Origin: Squalus acanthias
Taxonomy: Eukaryota
Assembly: GCA_030390025.1 (NCBI GenBank)
Contig: CM059433.1
Coordinates: forward strand, 9,612,001 to 9,676,000
Length of the DNA: 64,000 bases
Direction of reading: 5' to 3'
Shown: positions 50,446 through 61,596 of the stretch, piece after piece
How the letters are laid out: each line of letters begins with the position of its first letter
Position numbering within the stretch: position 1 is the first letter of the stretch
Program-made: the position numbers and the translations under genes
The notes under the pieces: model-generated
Database searches by the model: none
What the model saw: the letters and a program-made list of their open reading frames with translations, nothing else
Told to the model about the DNA's origin: nothing

Positions 50446-51761
50446 ACTGACACTGCTTGAATAGCTGGCAGTGTGTAAGCTGTGAGATGTGGGTGTGAGG
50501 CTTGCAGCAGTATTAAGTATGTGAGGGTGAGGTGAAACTATGAATGTGAGGTATGAGTCCTGTTTGATAGAGATTGTTGGTAGGTGTGTGATGGAGGTGA
50601 GGTGCATTGAGCAGTGTGTGGTCCAGTTCATGGGATATGGAATTTGAAGATGAATTCACTGAACTTGACCACTTGTGTGAGGTCATTGAACTTCTTGCGG
50701 CATTGTATCCAGGCCCTCGGGGCTTGACTTCTGGCATTGACCGCCATGGCTACCTGTTCCCACTGCCTTCACAGAGTTTATTTGGAGGGCCTCCTGGCCA
50801 CCTGTGGAGAGAGGACCTCTCTCCTCCTCTCCACCTCCTCCACCAAGGCCTCCAGGGCAGCGTCAGAGAACCTTTGAGTTTGCTCTCTCCCCTGTTGCGC
50901 TGTAATTCACTTCTTCCTGCTCAGACTCCACAAGCAGTTCCAGCACCTGCTCCAGTCACATTGCACCTCTCCTTTAAGATGCGCAGGCTGGCTTTAAGTA
51001 GTGCTGGCCTCGCACAACCTTGGGTCCCCTGCTGTGGCGTGCAGCCACACAACAGCGCAGTTAGCACTGGCTGCACGTAGCAAGCATGTAAATTAGCAGG
51101 CAGCAAGAAGCTGGTGTGCCACCTGGAACGGAAGGAATGGGCACGGGTTAATCCCTCATCGCGATCCCCGTGCCCGTTTTCAGGAGCTATCGAATTTAGC
51201 TCCCATTTGGAAGTCGTTAAGGCTCAAAACACATAAGCGACTGCAGTAAAATTAATTGCCAGACCGACTTCCAGCTTTCCCTGACTGAAGCTAAGGATCC
51301 TTCTCCAGACGTATACCACCCGTGGCTTGTGGGTGGGATTGAGGAACTGGTGGTAACAATGTAGACAAGGATGGAAATGGCGGCGATGTCCTGACAGCGT
51401 CTTTGGACCTCAATCTGCATATGTTAATGAGACCTCCGCCAGTCTTCGGCGAAAGCTCTGGCCGCCTAAATCGCGGCCCTGTGAAAATCGGAATGGGCGG
51501 ACCTCCAGCTACTAGTTGCCAGTTCAGTTTGTTGTGCGATTTTGGCTCTGCTTCCACCTAAATCCGGGGCAGTGGTGAGGTAAAAATCAGCCCCAATGTT
51601 TTTAAACAACTACTGTCACCCAGTCTTTCTGAAGTGTGGGAATGTATTGGAGGAATCTAAAGAAAGTGCAAGTGGTTTCGACATTGAAGACTTTCGAACA
51701 ACCAGGATGCTTCATCCTCTCCTGCACCAAACCTCCATCACTCCCACAGTTCAAAGCCCAT

Positions 51762-52532
51762 GGGGAAGAAATTCGGTATCGTCCATTTTGGGGCGCTAAT
51801 ATCGGCTGGGCGCAAAGTTTAGCGCCCGGCGCTAATTATCGCCTCCGACTGCAAAATTCGCCTCTATCGCCCCTGGAGGTGAGTTGAGCGCTAAATCAGG
51901 CGCTACACACCTCTCTTAAGGTGCTAACATCAGGGAGCGAGGCGCTACCTCAGAACGCTACCGAAGCTCAGGGGATGTCCGTTACCATGGAAGCCAGACA
52001 GACTGGCGCCGTCCAGTTCTTAAAGGGGAGGGGCCATCTTGCTGGCCAGCCACTCCCTGCTCATTGCAGTCTTGAATCTCGGCCTGGAGTGACCTCAAAA
52101 GCAATTGTGTGGAAGCACTAATGGATAGGCCCAGGGAAAGAGCTCGGTGCTTAGGAACCTCAAAAGTGGTGCTGAGGGCCAAAACTCCTTAGGACAGCGT
52201 TAAAACCAAGAAAAAGCAGGGAGCGCCCGCCTTTAAATAGCGCTCCCCCAGCCCCTTCCCGACTTGAAAGCGTTCCCCTCTACTGTCGTTCCTAGCGGCA
52301 GGCACTAAGGCAGGGGGCGCGACTCAATATCCGGTCCGGGGCGCTACCGGGGCATTGCACGCTCGACTGACGTCACGATCTGCGGGCGCAGGAGATCATG
52401 GCGGTAGTGTTTAACTCCACCACAAAATGTCTGGTCAATTTCGTGAGCGGCGCAAACATCGCCGCGCTCGGGCGCTAGTTGCTTTGCTCTTAGGGCGCTA
52501 ACGGGAGGCGCTAATCAACCAAATTTCCCCCC
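51762..52532. mobile_element. Harbinger-type MITE
   Basis: TIRs ggggaagaaatt / aatttccccccc. Same family as 5958-6699. Confidence 0.75.
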
Positions 52533-52606
52533 CCCCACCGTGTTTGTACCAGAACCTAACCCTAATCCTCACACTGGCTGCAGTCACAGAACTTACTCCA
52601 GCTTAC

Positions 52607-52786
52607 CTGCACAGGCATTTCTTTTGTCAGCACCTCCTCTTTCTGTGGTTCGCATTCTTTACCTTCCACCTTCTGTTGCACTGCACAGGTCACTGGGATT
52701 GGCAGATCCTGAAACTGAGCCCCAACTGAAGGCAACTGCTGGGAGTGTAAACTGGCAGCTGGTTCAAGATCAGCCTTAACGTTTTC
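52607..52786 (-). CDS. Internal exon (180 nt, phase 0-0), NUP153-like paralogue copy 2
   Basis: Strong acceptor ttcttttcttttcag and donor CAG|gtaagc; open frame ENVKADLEPAASLHSQQLPSVG...KEMPVQ. Confidence 0.7.
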
Positions 52787-53874
52787 CTGAAAAGAAAAGA
52801 ATAGGCAGCAAATTATACTCATTTAATATTAATTAACGTGTGGAGAAACTCAAGGACGTTGGAAATACCTCAGCCCATGCACAGTAATGCTGGCAAACAG
52901 AATAAAGCCCAACTTTCTAATAAACCGATTCAATAATCTGTACTGATGAGGGATATGCTGGAAAAATCTGCGCCGATTCATCAGTACATCTGTTTCTTTA
53001 CTCTCTGAAAATCCATCATTTATGAGACTCTCTACATTGGCCCGGCATTTCCTGAAACCGGTGAGTTACACCAAAATGTCCTGAGAATCTTGTTAGCATT
53101 GTTAGCCAGAACGGGAAAACAAGCGGATATCACACTGCGGTGTGTATGGCCAGCATATAATCAAAGTGTAAACTGATCAAAAATTTAAAAAAAAATCAAA
53201 AACAACGCATCATAGATCATTTAACCCGACAATTCCAGCACAGCCGTGCTGTTGGAGAAATCAGAACTAACAACTGAATTACTCATAAATCACACACCAT
53301 CCACTGGATCTTTCATTACATTGCTCATCGCAAATCAGAGGACACACTGTTTGAGAACGATAGGAGCATTATACCGTGTAACGCATAATGTATCATTCTG
53401 CTGTTAAATGTATCATTCTGCTGTTAAAGAGGATCAGTGTTTAAATTAAAAGGAAACAAAGCTAATTGCTGTGAAAAGGTAATCAATGGCTCATTCTTAA
53501 AACATATTCCCAGGTCAATTGCAAGCTATCTTTCTCTTTTAAAAATTGTTCTTGATGGGTGCCCTATCAAACATCTAACATGCCCATTGCAGCTAACTTT
53601 TTGTATGGTTCTGCACGACAACTTTACAGAAAAAGGCTACATTTTTGACACATTTATAGAGCTACTACTTTTCATGAATATTGCACTTTGAACCACTACA
53701 ATTTAAAAAATCTTGTATACACGCACATCTTTATTATGTTAAATTGAAATTCTTGTGTATACTGCCCATCATATTTTAAATGTGGCACCAAAATCTATCA
53801 CACTTTTCTGCCCAGGAACCAATCAGAAAACACTTCACCACTACCCATTTCCCGGTCTCAACATCAGTGGTGTC

Positions 53875-53905
<31 letters not shown>

Positions 53906-54009
53906 AATCTTGCATATAACAGGTACCATCACACACTTCCTGTAACCCTTTTGTGTAACACTTCTGTGTCATTCTTAATCATTGACAAATGCATTCTATC
54001 ACACCAATT

Positions 54010-54450
54010 GGGAACGGTAGCATAGAGGTTATATTACTGGACTAGTAATCCAGAGGCCTGGACTAATAATCCGGAGACATGTGTTCAATTCAGTTAATTA
54101 AATAAATCTGGAAAAAAAATGCTACCATCAGTAATGGTGACCATGTAACTACTGGATTGTTGTAAAAACCCATCATCCTTTAGGGAAGGAAATCTACCAT
54201 TTTCACCCAGTCTGGCCGATATGTGACCCCAGACCCACAGGAATGTGGTTGACTCTTAACTGCCCTCTGAAATGGCCCAGGAACTCAGTTGCGCCAAACC
54301 GCTATGACAAAGTCACTGTGGGAGTACCTTCACCACACGGACTGCGGCAGTTCGCAGACTGCACCACCTTCTTAAGGGCAATTACAGATGGGGCAATAAA
54401 TGCTGGCCTTGCCAGTGATGCTCACATCCTGTGAATGAATTTTTAAAAAC
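54010..54450 (+). mobile_element. Second tRNA-derived SINE with Zenon-like LINE tail
   Basis: tRNA-like head ggtagcatagagg...; the tail cactgtgggagtaccttcaccacacggactgc...gcaataaatgctggccttgcc matches 4555-4690. Absent from copy 1. Confidence 0.7.
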
Positions 54451-54599
54451 ACCTGAATGGATTATTCTTGCTACATGATTGACTCCCAGCCACGGTTCCT
54501 CCAGCCCTCACTTCCATTTTCTCAAGAGCTGTAACAGGCCAAAGAAGAAACCTAAAAAAAAAATCAAAAATGATTGACTAGCTCCAAGTTAGGTATAAT

Positions 54600-55354
54600 G
54601 GCCCAGATTTTGCGGTCAGTGGCGAAGGGACGTCGCTCAATGCTGACCTCGACAGAAGCTGCTCCCAAAGATTTAGTGGGCTCTAGAGTGCCAATTTAAT
54701 CTATTCTGGTCTTTTGCCATCTATAGGGGTTCTGTGGCGTCGAGCAACACTGAAGTCATCAGGAAGGCTGATCAGCCAATCAGATTGAAGAATTCTCTCA
54801 AAGCGCAAACCAGGAAGTAAAAAGCATAGATTATATTTCACTTTTTAATAATTTTACAGAAAGCAAAATAAAGATTGGGACATACACATGTGATTAAGGT
54901 GGAAGCTGAAATGTCATAAACAAACTTTAAAAAAAATATATATTTTTTATCATTTTAAAAATCATGGAATTTTTAAATGTTATTCTGAGGGAATGACACT
55001 CCATGCTTGTAAAATTTGTTTTTCAGGGGCAGAGAGTTTGTTCAGCAGTAATTATGACTTAGTACACTATTAAAAACTCAGTTACACCTCATTCAACAAG
55101 GCTTAACATTTTCAATGGTTTTTACAGCGAGAATAGTGCATAAAAAGTTGAAGTTCACGTCTAATTACTAATTCTGTGTAGATTGCATCTGTGAAGACTG
55201 CAACAGCGCACCCTGTGGAGGAGCAGGGTATCACTGACCGCAATTTCCGCATTTAACTGCGCATGTGCGGACGCCAGAAGTTGCTGTTAGTTTTACACAG
55301 TAATGACGGCGAACGCTGACAGTTTGGCCGTCATTACAACCGCAAATTCCGGCC
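54600..55354. mobile_element. Harbinger-type MITE
   Basis: TIRs ggcccagattttgcgg / ccgcaaattccggcc, TSD aat. Absent from paralogue copy 1. Confidence 0.82.
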
Positions 55355-56885
55355 AATGATTACTACGATCATGATCGTCGACATATTCTGTCTTTTCTTA
55401 TAGAGGCATAACAATCTTAAATGCTGTGTGTTTCAGCTCCCTCTCCAACGTACTGGTTCCACAAGGTCTACAAATTCTTGAACTAACCTGTCAATCAAAC
55501 AAAACCGGGGTTCTCACCTGCAATGTGAACTAAGCATACCCACCATTCTTTCCAAGGATGCAGAGCAATTACCTCTTGAAGCCTTAAAAGGGACACACAC
55601 CAACGTACCATTTTACATGGCAGAATTTTCCTGTTCTTATAAAACAGCAATATCAACAGCTTGCATTTATAAAGCGCCTTTAAAGTAGGAAAATGTCCCA
55701 AGGTGCTTCACTGGAGCGTTATCAGACAAAATTAGATTCCAAGTCACATAATGAGATATTAGGACGGGTGACCAAAACCTTGGTCAAAGAGTTAGGTTTT
55801 AAGGCCCATCATAAAGGAGGAGAGAGAGGTAGACAGGCCGAGAGGGTTGGGGGTGGGTGGCGGAGTACAGAGCTGAGCAGCTAGGCAGCTGAAGACACGG
55901 CCAACAATGGTGGGGCGGTGGAAATTGGGGTGCACAAGAGGCCTGAATTGGAGGAAGGCAGAGAACGCGGGATTGGAGGAGGTTAGAGATAGGGAGGTCT
56001 GAGACCACGGAGGGATTTGAACACTAGGATGAGAATTTTAAATTCGAGACATTGTTGGACCAGGAACCAATGTAGGTCAGTGAGCACAGGGGTAATGGGG
56101 GAACAGGACTTGATGTGAGTTAGGATATGGGCAGCTGAGTTTTGGATGATCCTCTCTACTTTATTTTTAGAGATCCTCTAACTTATTGTGAGCAGCACCA
56201 CAGGAGGTTTATTAATGTATCTTGCTCTGGCATGTATCTGTCAAAAGTGCCAAATGTATTTTAAAAAAGGAAACCATGTCCTGCTGTTTGTTTTTAACCT
56301 TAATAATCTCCCCAAGGGCTGGAGCCAGGGATTCACAAGCTGGTGTCATTCTCATCAATTCTCCTCCAATTGACTTCAGTGTTGTCCAGGGGTGAGCCAC
56401 AGAGAACTAATGTCCACTTCTGCTATTGAGTCTTCGGTGCGCTGCAACCGAGTACCAGATTAGAGTGGGGCCGCTGACATTAAATTGGAGGAAGGGGACA
56501 CAACATCAATCGTTCCTGTCCCAGTGATGGCTGTACAGATCAGTGACCCATCCCACCAACCTCAGGTTTTGAATTGCAGAAGAAGTCGGAGGGGACAATA
56601 GTGTCGAGACCATTTAAAACAGTACAGTTGTGGCACAGTGCCAGTCCTACACCACCCCCGGCCTGGCATTGCTTAGGTTACTGCATGAAATCACCTTTCA
56701 AAATAAAAAAAAAATCACAATAGGAAGGGAATAATTTTTATGATACAATATTTGGGACCCCGTGATACACAAACAAGGTTTATTTTCTTTAATCAGTGCG
56801 TATTTACTTGGTTCAGCTTTAACTTTTTCTAAGGCATAACACTAGCCTCTAAATGTCACATCTAAATCTATTTACTGGTACTCAC

Positions 56886-57002
56886 AATTGCTGGTGTCGA
56901 ACGTTCCAAGTGGTTAAGTATGCGTTTTGCTGCAGCGCTTCTGCATAAGACAAACTCTGAAGAGCTCCCTGAGAGTTTTTTTACTGGGTATCTGATACTA
57001 AC
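56886..57002 (-). CDS. NUP153-like exon (117 nt, phase 0-0), copy 2
   Basis: tttttgtag|VSIRYPVKKLSGSSSEFVLCRSAAAKRILNHLERSTPAI|gtgagt. Resembles NUP153 ...SSTARRILQSLEKMSSPLA (recalled). Confidence 0.65.
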
Positions 57003-57529
57003 CTACAAAAAGCAACGTCAACGCAGTTGATCACATACATTATTTACTGCTATTAGCAGGAACAAAAATGTTCAGAGCTTTTATAATCACTGAAAAGAAT
57101 TAACACAGATACGGGGCAATATCCGTTTCCAGTTCAGGTCTGCCAAAGACCTCCTCGGGTTTAGCGGAGTCAGTCTCTCCTGTAAGTGGTCTGAGCACCT
57201 TACTTTTATGCCAGTTGACTCACACTGCCCAATAGCTACACGTGCAATAGCGTAATACAGGGGTTTTAACAATATTCCCCCCCTTGTGATTTGAAGCAAA
57301 TACTTATATCTCTACATGTGCCCTCATGCGCCTCTCCAATTTAGCCAAAGGTGGACAGAGTACAAAATGCTAAGATAAGGCCAGAATTATTAAGGGATCT
57401 TATTTTTTGGAAACAGCAAGTAAGCTCAGAGAGGGGAAAGTCAGAGGGGATAGCACAAATGCGACGAAGGGTGAGATTGGAAGAAGGATTGGGGTCAGAA
57501 GAAAGTGAAGGGGAAAGAAGGATCAGGTG

Positions 57530-58045
57530 GTGCATTGATCCTTCACCCCCGACACCGGCTTTCCTTACCCCGGCACCTTCCCGTGCAAGCACAGCAGATG
57601 CAACACCTGCCCTTCCCACCGTCCAGGGCCCAAACACTTCTTCCGGGGGAAACAACGATTTACTTGTACTTCTTCCAACTCAGTATACTGTATTCATTGC
57701 TCACAGCACAGTCTCCTCTACGACAGCAAAATACTGCGGATGCTGGAAATCCGAAATAACAACAGAAAGCGCTGGGGAAACTCAGCAGGCCAGGCAGCAT
57801 CCGTGGAGAGAGAAACAGAGTTAACGTTTCAGGTCGAAGACCTTTCGTCAGAACTGGAAGAAAGCAGGAAATGAAATGGATTTAAAGCAAGTATAATGCT
57901 GGGAAAAGGGGGAGGGGATGAAAGAACAAAAGGGAAGGTCAGTGGTAGGATAGAATGCAGGAGAGATTAAGAGACATTGAGAGAGACATTGCAGTCTCCT
58001 CTACATTGGGGAGACAATGCAGATAGGGTGATCGCTTTGCTCAAC
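57530..58045 (+). mobile_element. Penelope GIY-YIG N-terminal fragment split by an inverted Penelope 3' end (57722-57991)
   Basis: PCK..RCNTC...VQGPK...FTCTSSN.VYCI.CSQ / LLYIGET. A 13-bp duplication cagtctcctctac lies at 57709-57721 and 57992-58004. Confidence 0.8.
57819..57855 (-). ncRNA. Minimal type I hammerhead ribozyme motif (family A)
   Basis: AGUU-CUGACGA-A-AGGUC-UUC-GACCU-GAA-ACGU-U-AACU, all stems Watson-Crick. Confidence 0.8.
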
Positions 58046-58861
58046 ATCAACAACAACTTACAACAATTTATATTTATATAGCGCCTTTAACGTAATAAAA
58101 CATCCCAAGGCGCTTCACAGGAGTATTTCAAAAACAACCAAAGTTTGACACCGAGCCATATAAGGAGATGTTAGGGCAGATGACCAAAAGCTTGGTCAAA
58201 GAGGTCGGTTTTAAGGAGCGTCGTAAAGGAGGAAAGAGAAGTGGAGAGGTGGAGAGATTTAGGGAGGGAATTCCAGAGCTCAGGACCTGGGCAGCTGAAG
58301 GCACGGCCGCCAATGGTGGAGCATTTAAAATCGGGGATGTTCAAAAGTCCAGAATAGGTGGAGCGCAGAGGTCTAGGGGGATTATAGGCCTGGAGGAGAT
58401 TACAGAGATAGGGAGGGGTGAGGCCATGGAGGGATTTGAAAACACGGATGAGAATTTTAAAATCGAGGCGTTGCTGAACTGGGAGCCAATGTAGGTCAGC
58501 AAGCACAGGGGTGATGGGTGAACGGGACTTGGAGCGAGTTAGCACACGGGTGGCAGAGTTTTGGATGACCTCAAGTTTATGGAGGGTAGAACTAGGGAGG
58601 CTCGCCAGGAGTGCATTGGAATAGTCAAGTCTAGAGGTGATAAAGGCATGGATAAGTTGAGGTAAGGGCAGAGACGGGCAATATTACGAAGGTGGAAATG
58701 GGTAGTCTTAGTCATAGAACGGATATGAGGTAGGAAGCTCAATTCATGATCAAGTATGACACCAAGGTTGCGAACAGACTTGGTCAGCCTTAGGCAGTTG
58801 CTGGGGAGGGAGATCAAATCAGTGGAAAGGGAATGGAGTTTGTGCATGAACCGAAGACAAT
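58046..58861 (-). mobile_element. L2 LINE 3' half
   Basis: Collinear with 10390-11225; begins at ...I-VFG. Confidence 0.9.
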
Positions 58862-60616
58862 GGCCGTGATTTTCCCTACCTCGGTGGGTCCATGGCGGGC
58901 GATGTCGGTGGCGGGTCGCGGCCCCGCTGCTGTCTCCAGCCCAGCCTCAGACATGACTTTCCCCTGATAGGGCTTGTTAAGCCCACCCAGTGAGTTTCCC
59001 AGCAAATTGAAGGAAGCGGGTTTGATGATGTCATTTGATGACCTGTCATCAGCTGGTTTCCTTAAAGGGACCATGCGCAAATTTACATGGACAGTTGTGC
59101 TGTCAGTGTTCTACAGCATAGAGGTGCTGCAAACACTAACAAGCACTGCACAGAGGTGCACGGCTACACCCAGGCTCTCCCATGACTCCCTCCATATGCT
59201 TATGGAGGGTATCACAGCACACAGGGAGATTCCCTTCCCTTCCAATGCGCAGAAGAGACCTCCCCAGGACACCAACACAGCCTGGTTGCACATTGCACAG
59301 GAGGGCAGAAGCAGGGATGTCGTCAGGAGGACCAGGCTGCAGTGGCGCAAACCTTTCAATGATCTCAGTAGATCACGAAACGTTACTGCAAAGCCACACT
59401 CAACCTCATCCTGCTGTGCCACACATCACAACCCCATCACTTTGCCTCCCCTATCCTACTCCTGCACATCCTTACTCACACCAACTTACCTTGCACCTCC
59501 ACCCATCTCTCTCTATCTACATTATCATTTCCCCATCTCACTAGCCACTCCTCACAGTCACCCTCATCCTAGTCCAATCATACCAACTAATAACACACAA
59601 CTGTAGGCACTTGTGTGTTTTAGCCAATGTTCATGTGAAGTTTCTGTTAATGTGCTGTTAAACATTGAAATCTTTATTTTCAACACTTTGCATTCTTGGA
59701 CAGATTTGTGTGCACCTTTGGAAGTGGCTTAGTGAGTTGCAGTGAATGGTGAGACATAACAGTACCCCCCACAATGCTGATGAGTGTGAAAGGAATGGCT
59801 TGGGCATTGTAGGGATGCTTTATGGTGTTGGTGTGGGGTGGTGCCAACCTGGCGCATCATGTGGCAGCCAGGGTGTACAGCGTCCAGTGAAGTAAATCTG
59901 GCCATGGTGAGGCCATCCCTGGTCGGGTGCTGATGCCCTGTGTCCTGTGCAGCATCAGGTGATTGCGGAGAAGGTTGGTGTTGTTGTTAGTGCTGCTGGT
60001 GCTGCTGGTGTTGGGGCTGATCATGCTGGGATTCTGAGGACCAAGATTAGATTTTTTCAATGGCACCGATGCCAAAGGAATAGATGGCAGGTTAGATTGA
60101 GATGACAGAAACGATCTGTCAATGGTGAGAGAGGTTGTTCCAATGAGGTGACACTGGATAGTGAGTTTGCTCCAAACACTTGCTAGCTGGATAAAACTCA
60201 ATCTGTCTTCCAAATGCAGTAACCAACAGCTTCTGACATTGGAAAGTGAACAGCTGTGAGATGGGAGCTTTTATAGACCATTTGCAGCTGTCAAGTTAGT
60301 AAATCATCCCATGCTGACACAACACCTGACCTCCTTACCTGACTGATCCCCGATCAGCGGGGAAGCCGTTGGCAACCACTAAAAATCTAGTGGTGAACTT
60401 AAAATTGTTTTTCAGTGCCTGTTAACAAGCTCTTAATAATCTAAATTGCCTCCCCCACCGCTTGGTGTCGGGTCTATTCAGCGATGACAGACCCGACAGC
60501 TGGGAGACTCGCGTGGAGGCGGGTTGACGGCGTGTTCCCTAACCGTTGTCAAGAATAAATATTTCCCAGCCGACCCGCCACCAACGCGCCCGCTGACCCC
60601 CCGAAAAATTCCCCTC
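58862..60616. mobile_element. Non-autonomous Harbinger derivative (copy A)
   Basis: Collinear with 13980-15679; ends ggccgtgatttt / aaaattcccctc. Confidence 0.8.
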
Positions 60617-60627
60617 GTAATTTTTCC

Positions 60628-60728
60628 AGTTCTGATGAAAGGTCATTGATCTGAAAGATTAACTCTATTTCTCTCTCCACAGATGCTTGTTGACCTGGTG
60701 TGTATTTCCAGCATTTTCTGTTTTTATG
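60628..60728 (+). mobile_element. Penelope pseudo-LTR with degenerate hammerhead (family A)
   Basis: agttctgatgaaaggtcattgatctgaaagattaact; stem III is mutated. Confidence 0.7.
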
Positions 60729-60824
60729 ACAGATAGCTCAGAGTGTGAGTGGGATGAAGAATTAAACTGGCAAGTGACTGGAAGCTCAAGGTCACTCTTG
60801 CAGATGGAACAGATATGTTCCTAC

Positions 60825-61596
60825 TAAATTGCTGACAACCCACCTTTCCTTCCTCGCTCCCATGTTAGCGGATATTGTTACCGGTCCTCTCTCCTCCTGT
60901 ATAGTCTCCTTTCCTTCAAATCTGCCATCATCACCCCTCTCCTCAAAAAATCAACCCTTGAACCTTCTGTCCTTGCAAACTACCGCCCCATCTCCAACCT
61001 CCCTTTCCTCTCCAAAGTTCTTGAACGTGTTGTTGCCTCCCAAATCCGTGCCCATCTTTCCCAAAACTCTTTGCTTCAATCCATTCAATCAGGCTTCCGC
61101 CCCTGCCACAGTACTGAAAATGCTCTTACCAAGGTCACAAATGACATCCTAATTGACTGAGGCAGAGGTAAACTATTCCTTCTTGTCCTTCTGGAACTGG
61201 CTGCAGCCTTTGAGACAGTTCACCACAAAATTCTGCTCCACCGTCGGCAAGCTGGATGGGACTGCACTTGCCTGGTTTAATTCCTATCTTTCCAACTGTA
61301 ACCACAGAATCACCTGCGATGGCTTCGCTTCCCGATCCATCACTGTTACCTCTGGTGTCCCCCAAGGATCTATCCTTGGCCCCCTCCTATTTCTCATCTG
61401 CCTGCTTCCCCTCGGTGACATCATCTGGCAACATAACATGAGTTTACACATGTACACAGATGATACCCAGCTCTACCTTTTCTCCACCTCTCTTGAACCC
61501 TCCACCATCTCTATACTATCCGACTGCGTGTCCAACAACCAGCACTGGATGAGTAGAAATTTACTCCAATTAAATATCGGGAAGACCAAAGCCATT
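60825..61596 (+). mobile_element. L2 LINE RT fragment (5' half, inverted relative to 58046-58861)
   Basis: LLTTHLSFLAPMLADIV...GVPQGSILGP...YTDDTQLY...LQLNIGKTKAI. Confidence 0.9.

Larger units (their letters stand above)
47840..50900 (-). pseudogene. Spliced Myb/SANT-like Harbinger accessory gene, degenerate
   Basis: RFSDAALEALVEEVERRREVL...QWEQVA...WIQCRKKFNDLTQVVK with stops, then acidic and coiled-coil exons. Confidence 0.8.
45836..51204. mobile_element. Two-gene PIF/Harbinger transposon (decayed)
   Basis: Imperfect TIRs with TSD att (45833-45835, 51205-51207) and convergent transposase and Myb/SANT genes. Confidence 0.88.
45539..51594. mobile_element. Outer Harbinger-type MITE hosting a nested element
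   Basis: TIRs ggggttgatttt / aaaatcagcccc, TSD aat (45536-45538, 51595-51597). Confidence 0.75.
52814..57195 (+). repeat. Segmental duplication of 1-4762 (direct orientation)
   Basis: Collinear non-TE blocks: 1-64/52814-52876, 605-985/53797-54595, 1001-1865/55357-56305, 3110-3857/56378-57133, 4708-4762/57142-57195. Confidence 0.95.

Noticed and set aside
19935..53904. Microsatellites (TC)n at about 19935, (ATC)n at about 29668, (TA)n at about 34288 and 53879
   Set aside because: Ordinary short tandem repeats.
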